From Acinetobacter phage nACB2: 64,000 nucleotides of DNA. Location: the sequence record OQ032512.1. One strand, 5' to 3'. The stretch's first letter is position 1; each line of letters opens with the position of its first letter. The notes beneath the pieces were generated by a model that was not told the DNA's origin, did no database searches, and worked only from the letters and a program-made list of their open reading frames with translations. This document shows positions 1 through 8,462 of the stretch, piece after piece. The translations under genes and the position numbers were made by a program.

Positions 1-310
1 TCATACCCTCTCCACCATCAGTTAGATTAGTTAAACAACCTGTACCCAAATCCCTTCTTCCGTATCTGGCAATATACTCTATTTCAGCAGCATGAGCTTC
101 GGCTTCTGTGAGATTGTCCAGAATGATTTCGGAGACGACTTCTAAACCTTCTCTTTGCGCTTTCTTTATGGTATTAATTTTATGCTTGTTACCTTTGTTG
201 GTTTCGATCATATACCCAACAAAATGCTCTTTATGGCGTTCCTCTTTACCCTTTCCAATATAGAATGGTAAATCGATACCCATTATCTTCAACTGATAAA
301 CATAAAACAC
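1..310 (-). CDS. GIY-YIG homing endonuclease, 3'-truncated by the window edge; probable GTG start at 308-310 with a GGAG Shine-Dalgarno
   Basis: The reverse-strand translation is MFYVYQLKIMGIDLPFYIGKGKEERHKEHF...NLTDGGEG. It shows a VYQ-(10)-YIGKG pattern (GIY...YIG spacing), conserved R/H residues and an N..GG.G motif typical of Seg/I-TevI-like enzymes. The ORF track only shows the internal ATG at 283. Confidence 0.6.
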   Translation of the reverse strand, partial: MFYVYQLKIMGIDLPFYIGKGKEERHKEHFVGYMIETNKGNKHKINTIKKAQREGLEVVSEIILDNLTEAEAHAAEIEYIARYGRRDLGTGCLTNLTDGGEGM

Positions 311-384
311 GTTTGACTCCGATATTAAATCTACGTTAATAATAGTTGAAACCCCAATCAATGGATAAAAATCAAGTCAAAAAG

Positions 385-410
385 AAAAAGCCCCTGAATA
401 GGGGCTTTTC
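385..410. terminator. GC-rich hairpin (GCCCC-tgaata-GGGGC) flanked by an A-run and a T-run; a bidirectional rho-independent terminator
   Basis: The sequence aaaaagcccctgaataggggcttttctttg is visible in the window. A near-identical copy lies at 4664-4690. Confidence 0.5.
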
Positions 411-421
411 TTTGTCCGAGT

Positions 422-808
422 TTATACCAAGTTGATGAAATGTTCTTTACATACTTCTTTGACGATTGTGTCAAAGTCATCTTCAAAGTCACAGACGTCA
501 TCCAATGAGTCTACTGTAGTTGTTGAAACGTAGCCGTTGACCTTTGTAACTTTGAACGTAGATACATTTTCTCGGGTTACGGCTAAGGTGACTACGCCTT
601 GACTAGAAATAGATGTAAATGAGATTGAGTTAGGGTCAACTACAATAGCAACATCTTCAGAATAATCATAGCTGTTGACGATTGAAGAAATAGCGGAAGC
701 GAGTTTGTCTGAAAAAGTGATGTTGCGAATGCTCTGACCAGCTCTGACTGATACATCTTGATCTAGGGTGTATCTTGAACCTGATACAAAAAATTTAACT
801 GTAGACAT
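422..808 (-). CDS. hypothetical protein
   Basis: 128 aa ORF in a co-directional minus-strand early-gene array; no recognisable motif. Confidence 0.4.
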   Translation of the reverse strand: MSTVKFFVSGSRYTLDQDVSVRAGQSIRNITFSDKLASAISSIVNSYDYSEDVAIVVDPNSISFTSISSQGVVTLAVTRENVSTFKVTKVNGYVSTTTVDSLDDVCDFEDDFDTIVKEVCKEHFINLV

Positions 809-902
809 TTGAGTTCTCCGCTGAGAGGTAATATAAGTTTGTGTCCATGAGAGATAGTATAATGGTTTCCATTAAGGAAGTAAAGGACTATTTCCGAAAT
901 AT

Positions 903-1229
903 TCAAATAATATTTTCTCGAATGAACAATCTTGCGAAATTATGTTTCTGGAGATGTTTGGTTAAATCTGTTAGGAATGTAAATTTTATTAGACTTTCCT
1001 CTGTCTTGAAACCATTAGCGCACCATATCTTGAGTTCATACGCATCACCCTTTCTTAGAGATATGATGTATTGTTTCTCGCTCTTAGTGTAACTAACCAT
1101 TACAAAGTTACCATGCACTTCAGCTTGGCATTCTTCAATGTTCTCCACTTCAAATGAGTCTGTCATCAATTTGCTTATTTTGACCTGTACCGTATTTTCA
1201 AGATCAATATTCATAAAACTTCTACCCAT
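903..1229 (-). CDS. hypothetical protein
   Basis: 108 aa ORF whose ends overlap its neighbours by 4-20 nt, which is phage-typical packing. Confidence 0.4.
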   Translation of the reverse strand: MGRSFMNIDLENTVQVKISKLMTDSFEVENIEECQAEVHGNFVMVSYTKSEKQYIISLRKGDAYELKIWCANGFKTEESLIKFTFLTDLTKHLQKHNFARLFIRENII

Positions 1230-1510
1230 TCGTTATTGAATTTCTTTTGTATTTTACAAATGTATTTCGTATCTAACATAGATGGCGTTGAATCATAAAG
1301 AAATAATGTGTTTGAAGTACAACGATATGCTTGATTATCCACATAAAAAAAATGGTATCTGGATGAGTTTAACGGTTTGTGGATATCCCCTTCTAAAATC
1401 AGAACATCATTTTTGTATACTTCAAACTTCATATTGTCTTGTTTAGTGCACCCTAGTAGAGAACAAACCAAAACAACTAAAAATAGATATTTCATTAAAG
1501 TTCTCCGCAT
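1211..1510 (-). CDS. putative lipoprotein
   Basis: N-terminus MKYLFLVVLVCSLLGCTKQ carries a signal peptide and an LLGC lipobox. Confidence 0.5.
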   Translation of the reverse strand: MRRTLMKYLFLVVLVCSLLGCTKQDNMKFEVYKNDVLILEGDIHKPLNSSRYHFFYVDNQAYRCTSNTLFLYDSTPSMLDTKYICKIQKKFNNEWVEVL

Positions 1511-1968
1511 GACGCTTCAATTATTCTATCGATCACTTGACGACGGCGCGAATTAAACGGCGTAATTGTTTTTTGAAATGACTCCAAGATTACTTTTACA
1601 TCCTTATTGTTGAGGCTCTCTATGAAATCTTTGTCCAAAAACATTTCGCATCTTGCCCAAGTTCCTTCTTCACCTTCAACGTAATACTTTGGATTTGAAA
1701 GATTGCGGGAAAGTAATCTGGCTTCACCTTCCGCCAATTCTAAAACAATGTACCCATCCTGAATGAATGTAATTATCTCATGAGAGGTGTAGAACTCGTT
1801 GTATGTTACGTCACACTGAAAAGCTACGCATGCTTGTTTTCCGTTTAGAACGTCTCTCAATTCCATAGAATCGTCTGTGTTAAGACGAGCTATGCCAATT
1901 TTACAATTCAATGAATCATCTAGTGTCATTAAGACGCCATCAAGGCTTGTTCTAGGTATTCCGTACAT
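1495..1968 (-). CDS. hypothetical protein
   Basis: 157 aa ORF; no motif recognised. Confidence 0.4.
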   Translation of the reverse strand: MYGIPRTSLDGVLMTLDDSLNCKIGIARLNTDDSMELRDVLNGKQACVAFQCDVTYNEFYTSHEIITFIQDGYIVLELAEGEARLLSRNLSNPKYYVEGEEGTWARCEMFLDKDFIESLNNKDVKVILESFQKTITPFNSRRRQVIDRIIEASCGEL

Positions 1969-1980
1969 ATTCTTTATTTC

Positions 1981-2322
1981 CTACAATTTGTACTGTTTGA
2001 TCTGCTCATCAATAATATGACGCATTTCTGGATAATATTTCAGGGTATATTCTTTATATGATATACGACTTCCGTCTTCATCAATTAATTCAATTTCTGA
2101 TAGATTTCTAGCATATCCCATATCACCTCGAATATACAACGCATCACGGCTTCCTGTCTCTATGAAACGTATGTAACCATCAACGGAACTGTTTCCAGTA
2201 TAAAATTCAACCCCTAGTAAGTGCATAAACATGCGCACATATTCTGAAGTTGTTATTTCATCGTATTGAAACTTTAAACGATGAGTTCGATTGAAACCAA
2301 CGTTGGGTATTTCAAATGTCAT
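1981..2322 (-). CDS. hypothetical protein
   Basis: 113 aa ORF. Confidence 0.4.
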   Translation of the reverse strand: MTFEIPNVGFNRTHRLKFQYDEITTSEYVRMFMHLLGVEFYTGNSSVDGYIRFIETGSRDALYIRGDMGYARNLSEIELIDEDGSRISYKEYTLKYYPEMRHIIDEQIKQYKL

Positions 2323-2355
2323 ATCTTTAAACCTATATTCATGAAGTAAAAAACG

Positions 2356-2877
2356 TTAAAATACAAAAATCGAGTCTGTATTTTCCAATTGTCTAGTGGT
2401 GTAATTTTTACCTTCCAGACGGTAGTGTGGGAACATACTATGAAGGCACTCTCGAATATGTTTCATCCTTTGAGTCATTGACAAATGAAAGGTTTGATCA
2501 GCCAACCCTAAGTCATCAAGATTCACTATACCAAATAAAGATAACATGCTAGATGGTATATTCTTAGGACAGACTCTGACTTCAAAATCTAATTCGTACT
2601 CAGGAATCATAGAATGAGACGGATACTCTGGATCCCATTCGAGCGCGTCGTTATCAGGATGAATATCAACCTCTAGAACGGCTATAGATTTATAATCAAA
2701 TATTTCTGGATAAGTTCCGGAAGCCAAAAGTTCAACCCAGTCAGAAGACAGATAAACGCCTAGTGGATCATGTTGGTCAGACGTTTGTGTTGGTGGTTTA
2801 GCGAGTAGACCGAACTGATGTATTGAGTCTAGATTCTCTAAAGGTGTTAAATGATATAGCATCAGCGTTCTCCGCAC
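2356..2877 (-). CDS. hypothetical protein; possible ADP-ribosyltransferase fold (DarT/DUF4433-like N-terminal motif)
   Basis: N-terminus LYHLTPLENLDSIHQFGLL resembles the lYHfT..NL.sIl..GlL signature of DarT-family ARTs. Downstream GVYLSSD and acidic EYELDFE could supply the Y and E of an H-Y-E triad. This rests on motif recall only. Confidence 0.3.
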   Translation of the reverse strand: MRRTLMLYHLTPLENLDSIHQFGLLAKPPTQTSDQHDPLGVYLSSDWVELLASGTYPEIFDYKSIAVLEVDIHPDNDALEWDPEYPSHSMIPEYELDFEVRVCPKNIPSSMLSLFGIVNLDDLGLADQTFHLSMTQRMKHIRECLHSMFPHYRLEGKNYTTRQLENTDSIFVF

Positions 2878-3692
2878 ACCTTGTTTTCAATCATGACTAC
2901 ACTATCTCTTAACAGTTTGAATGACTGTAGGTTTAATTCATTCTGGTCTATCTTCGATAGTATAGGTCTTAGAATTGAATTGTTGTAAGATTGAAGTGAA
3001 GGGCTTTTCTTTATCAACGTTGAAGCTGTGTGGATCATCAACTCCAAGTCTTTTTTACCACTCAGAATGCAATCGTCCACGTTAAAAATATCCATTATGG
3101 TTTCATTCGTCTTGTAATAGCTCTGAGCTGGTTTGGTGCCTTTGAACTCAACATACAGAGCTAAAAAGTATAACGCAAACGCAACAATATAATAATACCA
3201 TTCCAAGTTGAAAAATAACATCATTATTGCTAAAACTACAAAGAGTATGAATGTTGCATGAATATATTCAACCAAATTTAATTTATATTCATTTCTGAAT
3301 CCTTGATGGTTGAGAATTATCATTCTGGGATTTTCGAAAGAAAACACAGCTCCCCAACTAGGCTCATATTCAACAAAATCGAACAACATATTTCTTATGT
3401 CTAAGAAGTCTTGTACACTTCTAGCATTTTCAATATATTCTCTAAAGGTTCTTGAAGAGATGTATTGTTGAATTTCTAAACGTCTATTGATCATCTCATT
3501 GAATGGTTCTTGATCCCAGTCTAGACCATCAAGTAAAGATATTCTAACCATGGACACATTTAGATCATTTATTAAATTTGTGGCTCTAGACATATCATTG
3601 TATATAATATCCGATAGACGAGAAAGAATGTCGATTTTAGTTTGTAAAACATTCTCTTCGGACAGCATTTTAACAACTATTGGATTTATCAT
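2862..3692 (-). CDS. integral membrane protein, function unknown
   Basis: Hydrophobic stretch ATFILFVVLAIMMLFFNLEWYYYIVAFALYFLALYV indicates at least 2 transmembrane helices. Confidence 0.45.
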   Translation of the reverse strand: MINPIVVKMLSEENVLQTKIDILSRLSDIIYNDMSRATNLINDLNVSMVRISLLDGLDWDQEPFNEMINRRLEIQQYISSRTFREYIENARSVQDFLDIRNMLFDFVEYEPSWGAVFSFENPRMIILNHQGFRNEYKLNLVEYIHATFILFVVLAIMMLFFNLEWYYYIVAFALYFLALYVEFKGTKPAQSYYKTNETIMDIFNVDDCILSGKKDLELMIHTASTLIKKSPSLQSYNNSILRPILSKIDQNELNLQSFKLLRDSVVMIENKVCGER

Positions 3693-4108
3693 CTTTTTAT
3701 AATGCTCGCAGTATTGAGTGGAAACGATTCTGGGTCTAGAGGATCTTTCAACCGTCTAGGATTCAACTCAATCCATTCATAGCCTATTTCATCTTTGCGG
3801 AACCATTCTTGGTTTGGAAGTTTACTAGGCATCTTTGTATGGAAACGCATGGTTCCGCTTCTGCCTACGCTGAAGTATCTGAAACGTCTTGACGGCGCGT
3901 AATCCCATACGTTCGCGTATACTGGTAAAGGCTCCTCATACATCTCTAACAGAGACATAAACACAATGTTACTTGTGTCTGTTATATGCTTTTCATCGGC
4001 GCCAATCCAATTACTTCCATCGTACGTAGCCCATAGAACCATGGAATTGTTCAAAAACAAAGCATATGTTCCATATTCTGGACTTTCATCAAATGGGTTT
4101 AACAACAT
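3689..4108 (-). CDS. hypothetical protein
   Basis: 139 aa ORF. Confidence 0.4.
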   Translation of the reverse strand: MLLNPFDESPEYGTYALFLNNSMVLWATYDGSNWIGADEKHITDTSNIVFMSLLEMYEEPLPVYANVWDYAPSRRFRYFSVGRSGTMRFHTKMPSKLPNQEWFRKDEIGYEWIELNPRRLKDPLDPESFPLNTASIIKR

Positions 4109-4184
4109 GAGACTGCTCTCGTTATTATATCAATGACCTATTATAATAGCAAACGAAATATTTTTAAAAAATCAAATGAATCAC

Positions 4185-4213
4185 TTTACTTCACCCAAGA
4201 AATTGATTATAAT
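4185..4213 (+). promoter_or_regulatory. sigma70-type (T4 early-like) promoter TTTACT-17-TATAAT with an upstream A/T tract
   Basis: tttact at 4185-4190, a 17 nt spacer, and tataat at 4208-4213. The same TTTACT-17-(T/C)ATAAT architecture occurs at 5781-5809, 49540-49568 and 50256-50284. Confidence 0.55.
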
Positions 4214-4219
4214 AGATAT

Positions 4220-4240
4220 CAGGTTTGAATTTCAAACCTG
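4220..4240. promoter_or_regulatory. perfect 21 bp palindrome caggtttgaa-t-ttcaaacctg between the -10 box and the conserved leader motif; candidate operator or RNA hairpin
   Basis: Exact dyad symmetry seen in the sequence, positioned at about +7 to +27 of the predicted transcript. Confidence 0.5.
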
Positions 4241-4268
4241 TTTAATAACACTCAATGGAGTAGTCAAT

Positions 4269-4646
4269 ATGACAACTAATTTCACAATCTTGGTAGAATC
4301 TGATTTTCATAAACTAGACAGTAAAACAATTGGCGACATTCTGCGCGGAGAGATTGTACAAGTGATGAAAGAATGTACTGATGATCTAGAAGCCAATTAC
4401 CGCTTTTCAGACGTTGTATTCACTCAGGTATCTAAAACTCATCGCATGATCACTTCTTCAGTCTCAAACAAAGGTACTTTCAAAACAGTATCTGTTAATA
4501 TTGATGAAGAAAATGACATCTATGTCATGTCTGTGTTAGCTGACCGTGAACGTTATGACCGTCGTTTCGGCGATCTAGCTTCTCTTGTAGGCAATCTAGG
4601 CGCTGAAGATGCAAGAATAATCGCTGTATTGAATAAAGCGTTCTAA
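4269..4646 (+). CDS. hypothetical early protein (125 aa; ATG at 4269 preferred over the track start at 4176)
   Basis: A GGAG Shine-Dalgarno sits 8 nt upstream of ATG 4269, inside the conserved leader TAATAACACTCAATGGAGTA. The track ORF start at 4176 would include the promoter. Confidence 0.5.
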   Translation: MTTNFTILVESDFHKLDSKTIGDILRGEIVQVMKECTDDLEANYRFSDVVFTQVSKTHRMITSSVSNKGTFKTVSVNIDEENDIYVMSVLADRERYDRRFGDLASLVGNLGAEDARIIAVLNKAF

Positions 4647-4663
4647 TTTTCTTGTAATAAAGG

Positions 4664-4690
4664 AAAAGCCCCAATAGGGGCTTTTCTTTT
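4664..4690. terminator. GCCCC-aata-GGGGC hairpin plus T-run; bidirectional terminator between convergent genes
   Basis: Sequence aaaagccccaataggggcttttcttttg; near-identical to the hairpin at 385-410. Confidence 0.55.
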
Positions 4691-4692
4691 GT

Positions 4693-5700
4693 CTAGAAAG
4701 GAAGTTTGTTATCCTTCACTAGCTTGCTATAACCGCCGTCATCAAATACGCTGAGGTTGGTATTGCCATCGAAATTGCTACGCTTCATGGACGAGATGTT
4801 TATGATGTTATTCAAAGCATAAAATTGTTGGTCTACTGAGCAATGCGCGAGGTCATTAACCTTAGCCATCATGATAGCTTGGAAGGATTCTGGTAGCCGT
4901 TCCAATACCTTATAAGAAATATCTATAGTGGAGAAGCGTTGGTACGTGTATTCATTGAACTTATGTTCTCGCAGAGCAGTGAACATAGGTCTAGAAGCGC
5001 GTTTGTCGCCTTTTCTTAAATCCAACATATCTGGTTTGAACAGATGTGATCTTTCCATCCAAATAAATGCATCTCGAAAATCTTCAAATGCGTAACCTCT
5101 ATACGGAGAATGATTCAATTCTAAGATGTCTAAAACCGCGAACCAGTCTGTAGTTATCAATACTAGATGCTCCACACCTGCGGTAACAGTCTTATAGTAT
5201 AGTCCTGTATTTTTGAGAACCATCTTGAAGTTTCTTAACCATATCTGTAATAACTGAGAAAGGTCGCCATACGAATAATAATGTGCGCTGAAAGATAAGC
5301 AGTTACTAGGAACAAACTGAACATCTACATGACACCACTTACCCTCGGTTGATTTCAACCGTAGCTGAGAACTACCTTCCGTTTGTATCAAGTAACGTTC
5401 TGACGGCTCTACTGTACTGTTGTGTTTAGCGAATACTCCCATATCAACCCAAGGATGATCAGGTTGCTCGTTACGATAGGCTATCATAGCCAATTCATTG
5501 ACTGCACAACGGTTTTGAACAGTATCAGAAAGAAATACGTCAAGGTCTCCGTGATCTTCTTTAGATTTAAAGAACTCAGGAAAATGAGGCTTTGATATAT
5601 TAAAGTCATTACTTGTTGAAAGAGTAGTTAAAAGACGCTTTAAGTTTTCCAACGTCTCTGTACTCATACGTTCTGTTTGTTTAAAAGCATTTCCGCTCAT
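4693..5700 (-). CDS. hypothetical protein (335 aa)
   Basis: Long ORF. The HGDLDVF stretch lacks the G[GS] of a nucleotidyltransferase motif, so no call is made. Confidence 0.45.
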   Translation of the reverse strand: MSGNAFKQTERMSTETLENLKRLLTTLSTSNDFNISKPHFPEFFKSKEDHGDLDVFLSDTVQNRCAVNELAMIAYRNEQPDHPWVDMGVFAKHNSTVEPSERYLIQTEGSSQLRLKSTEGKWCHVDVQFVPSNCLSFSAHYYSYGDLSQLLQIWLRNFKMVLKNTGLYYKTVTAGVEHLVLITTDWFAVLDILELNHSPYRGYAFEDFRDAFIWMERSHLFKPDMLDLRKGDKRASRPMFTALREHKFNEYTYQRFSTIDISYKVLERLPESFQAIMMAKVNDLAHCSVDQQFYALNNIINISSMKRSNFDGNTNLSVFDDGGYSKLVKDNKLPF

Positions 5701-5780
5701 AACTGTAATCCCATCATTGGTTTTATCATAGATGAGTCTATTATAAGTGAGGATTCCAATTAAAATAATAAATCAAATCC

Positions 5781-5809
5781 TTTACTTGGTGCTGATAATA
5801 CAGTATAAT
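5781..5809 (+). promoter_or_regulatory. early-type promoter TTTACT-17-TATAAT for the HU-like gene
   Basis: tttact at 5781-5786, 17 nt spacer tggtgctgataatacag, tataat at 5804-5809. Confidence 0.55.
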
Positions 5810-5866
5810 GTTCTTCATTCAGGTAATAACCTGTATTAATGTCTCAAACAATTTAGGAGAATAGAC

Positions 5867-6142
5867 ATGAACCGTACTGAACTTGTAGCTGCTGTAGCAA
5901 AAACAACTGGCCAAACTCAAGTATCTGTTGAAGCAACAGTGAAAGCAATTGAAGCAGAAATCACTAACCAATTCGTAGCTGGTAACGGCGTACAACTTAT
6001 CGGCTTTGGTTCATTCAAAGTAACTCCAGTTGAAGCGCGTAAAGGTCGCAACCCGCAAACTGGTGAAGAAATTGATATTGCTGCTACTAAACGCGTTACA
6101 TTCAGCGTTGCTGATTCAACCAAAGAAAAATTAAAAGGCTAA
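5867..6142 (+). CDS. HU/IHF-family DNA-binding protein
   Basis: MNRTELVAAVA...GFGSFKVTPVEARKGRNPQTGEEIDIAATKRVTFS has the canonical HU beta-arm motifs (GFGxF, RNPxTGE). It is flanked by a promoter and a terminator. Confidence 0.9.
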   Translation: MNRTELVAAVAKTTGQTQVSVEATVKAIEAEITNQFVAGNGVQLIGFGSFKVTPVEARKGRNPQTGEEIDIAATKRVTFSVADSTKEKLKG

Positions 6143-6157
6143 ATTTTTCTCAGGTAC

Positions 6158-6185
6158 AAAAAAGCCCCTTGCGGGGCTTTTTTAT
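6158..6185. terminator. GCCCC-ttgc-GGGGC hairpin plus T-run
   Basis: Sequence aaaaagccccttgcggggcttttttatt immediately after the HU stop codon. Confidence 0.6.
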
Positions 6186-6391
6186 TGGCTGTCTATTTCT
6201 CTGGATTGCTTCTTTCCTTGTTGACGCTCAATTCTATGCGTCATAATTTTTGTATACTTTCCTACACAACCTCCGCCTTTGTTACAAGGTCTAGCTGTCC
6301 AATAGTCGTATCCAACTGGTTTACTGCCTTTACGCGTTCTACTCATTTCACTCTCCGATAAAAAATGAGACTTGCGTCTCATTTTGATAAA

Positions 6392-6637
6392 TTACTCAGG
6401 CATACCTAAATGTACACCTTTTTCATCATAGAGCCGTCGCCGTAGCTCTATATTATTAACTTCAATTTCAACCATGCGGTCTTTAGTTTTATTATGCTCA
6501 GTTAAGAGATAATTGTATTTGCTCTTCGAGTCCTCTAGACCTTTCTGTAGATGTTTGTTTTCACGTCTTGATAATTCATATAGTATACAAAGAACGCAAC
6601 AAATAGCTCCAAGAAAAGCAACAACGCCAATATCCAT
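6392..6637 (-). CDS. small membrane-anchored coiled-coil protein
   Basis: An N-terminal transmembrane segment (VVAFLGAICCVLCILY) followed by a charged coiled-coil. Confidence 0.4.
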   Translation of the reverse strand: MDIGVVAFLGAICCVLCILYELSRRENKHLQKGLEDSKSKYNYLLTEHNKTKDRMVEIEVNNIELRRRLYDEKGVHLGMPE

Positions 6638-6969
6638 TATAGCATCACTCCAAGTGTTATGATTATAACAATAATTAGATGAGCTATTTGATCCTGAAAA
6701 AACGTTAAACGGCTGTCATTCTTCATGAAGTCGATAATGAAATGCGATAAAACCATAAACCACATTGAGACCATAGCGACGTTAGACTCGTGTCCAAGCG
6801 CCTTCAGTACGATATAAACGCCCAAACCGTGTATAAAACAATGAGCTAAAAGAATAATTGACCAGTTAGGGTCAACGTGTCTAGATTTATGAACAGCGAC
6901 AAAATCCCCTTGCAACGGAAAGTCGCAAAGGAAGTGGACTGCCAATAGTATAGAAAAAAGTTCGATCAT
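6637..6969 (-). CDS. small multi-pass membrane protein (possible DUF3307-like)
   Basis: About 3 transmembrane helices; the HFLCDFPLQ motif resembles the H..DF.LQ signature. Confidence 0.35.
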   Translation of the reverse strand: MIELFSILLAVHFLCDFPLQGDFVAVHKSRHVDPNWSIILLAHCFIHGLGVYIVLKALGHESNVAMVSMWFMVLSHFIIDFMKNDSRLTFFQDQIAHLIIVIIITLGVML

Positions 6970-7505
6970 GCTTTATACAACCATTTAGAACGCTCACGCG
7001 CTTCACGCGCTTCAGGCAATTGAGAAACGTCCATAGTAACAATTTTGTCATTGCCAAGATTATTACTTGAGCGAATGCGCAATTTACCGCCATTGATGTA
7101 TAGGTCTTTGCCTTCCATCCAACCAATGTAGAATTCATTTTCAGCGCCTGTATTTTTATATAGACGCATGTCTTCAGCTACACCAAGCGTCATTTTGAGG
7201 TCTACACCGCCTTGAACCAATTCAATTTTAGCAGAAACAATTTTCAGTCCGCCGTACAGCTCTAGTTTTTTATAGCCTTTAATCTGTTGGTTAATGTGAT
7301 AATCCAGCGCTTGAGCATCTTCTTCAGTAATGAGAGCGTTCGCTTCGCTGTATTGTTGTTTGATTGAAGCAAGTAGACGCGCAGCCTGTTCACTGAATAA
7401 TAAGGTTTGTTCTGAACCACTGCGTAGGTCAATTTCTTCAGCTTGGGGTTGTTGAACTTTCTGATGTTTAGAATCTAGAATTAAAGCAGCCATTATGGTC
7501 TCCAA
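6966..7505 (-). CDS. hypothetical protein
   Basis: 179 aa ORF. Confidence 0.45.
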   Translation of the reverse strand: METIMAALILDSKHQKVQQPQAEEIDLRSGSEQTLLFSEQAARLLASIKQQYSEANALITEEDAQALDYHINQQIKGYKKLELYGGLKIVSAKIELVQGGVDLKMTLGVAEDMRLYKNTGAENEFYIGWMEGKDLYINGGKLRIRSSNNLGNDKIVTMDVSQLPEAREARERSKWLYKA

Positions 7506-7508
7506 ATA

Positions 7509-8462
7509 TTACCAATGAACAATATTTACTGTGCAAAGTTGTTTGCCTTTAAGGGTTTTGATAGATGCACAGCCCTTTAGCATATTGAGGTCACCGAATG
7601 AGAATTCAATTGGGCCAAGGCTGATATCTCTAAGATCGGTATACACAGTGCGTACAATGTCGCCACTAGATGGTCTGAAAGAACGTTTGATATGTTCATC
7701 TTCTTTGCTTTTAGAAGAAAGACCAGACAAAAACAGGATATTATCTTCTGGTTTGGTGAAAGGTATCATAAACGTCTGACGAAGGAAGCTATCAAGCAAA
7801 GAGCCACGGAAATCAGCGCCTTCTACTTGGAAATCAACGTTGCGAAATGGCAATTCACTTTTCACGCGAGAGATGAGATTGTGCATATGATGGAATACAG
7901 CCATAAACACGCGGTATTGTTCAGGTTCATCAATACGCTTCATATAAAGACTTCCAGTATTGAAATGGTCTCCAATGAAATGTAATTTCACGTCAACCTC
8001 GCCTTTAGACATGATTATAGCCTGAGCCTTTTGAATACTGATACTCAACGCTTGATCTAGGTTATCGTTGTTACGATCATAGAAGGCGTTGAAGTCTTTA
8101 AAAATGACATGATGAGTAGCTTTATTTTCTGAAGCTGATACAGAACCACCTTCAGATGATTCCGGAGAAAGATTTATTGGCTTATATGTCTCTAACAACT
8201 TAGAAACAAATGCGCGTTCAACCTTATTCATGTTACGACTTACGATTGCTGTCGTTGATGGAAGCGCAGAATCTAGGTTGACTGTCTCTACCTTTTCACC
8301 TTTAGCATGAGCAGCTGCACATTCTTTAACCCAAAGTCTTGCTGTTGACGGCGGTATGTTGAATTTTGAAGCAATTGTATTTACATGTAAGCCCTGACGT
8401 ATTGCTTTGAATACATCTTGCTTGAACGTTTTAGAATACTTTGGCATAACTATTAACTCCAT
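7509..8462 (-). CDS. hypothetical protein with an N-terminal helix-turn-helix domain
   Basis: The N-terminus ...IASKFNIPPSTARLWVKE is HTH-like; the C-terminal domain is unknown. Confidence 0.45.
   Translation of the reverse strand: MELIVMPKYSKTFKQDVFKAIRQGLHVNTIASKFNIPPSTARLWVKECAAAHAKGEKVETVNLDSALPSTTAIVSRNMNKVERAFVSKLLETYKPINLSPESSEGGSVSASENKATHHVIFKDFNAFYDRNNDNLDQALSISIQKAQAIIMSKGEVDVKLHFIGDHFNTGSLYMKRIDEPEQYRVFMAVFHHMHNLISRVKSELPFRNVDFQVEGADFRGSLLDSFLRQTFMIPFTKPEDNILFLSGLSSKSKEDEHIKRSFRPSSGDIVRTVYTDLRDISLGPIEFSFGDLNMLKGCASIKTLKGKQLCTVNIVHW

Noticed and set aside
4176-4268. N-terminal extension of ORF 4176-4646 (start MNHFTSPKK...)
   Set aside because: The extension would cover the -10 box, the palindrome and the conserved leader. 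The ATG at 4269 has a proper GGAG Shine-Dalgarno and matches the architecture of the two other early genes.
4693-5700. Nucleotidyltransferase (CD-NTase/MNT) call for the 335 aa protein, based on HGDLDVF
   Set aside because: It lacks the G[GS] element and the second acidic motif spacing, so one short motif is insufficient.
5917-6123. 68 aa antisense ORF inside the HU gene, and similar antisense ORFs inside large genes (9746-9967, 10490-10789, 11218-11424, 25444-25728, 26266-26454, 40318-42233 set, 53426-53851, 56881-57078, 58999-61494 set, 62110-63960 set)
   Set aside because: They are fully embedded in well-supported genes on the opposite strand and have no Shine-Dalgarno or motifs. They are typical six-frame noise.
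6392-6637. Spanin (Rz-like) assignment for the transmembrane plus coiled-coil protein
   Set aside because: No adjacent or embedded lipoprotein o-spanin partner was found, and the neighbouring 66 aa ORF has no signal or lipobox.
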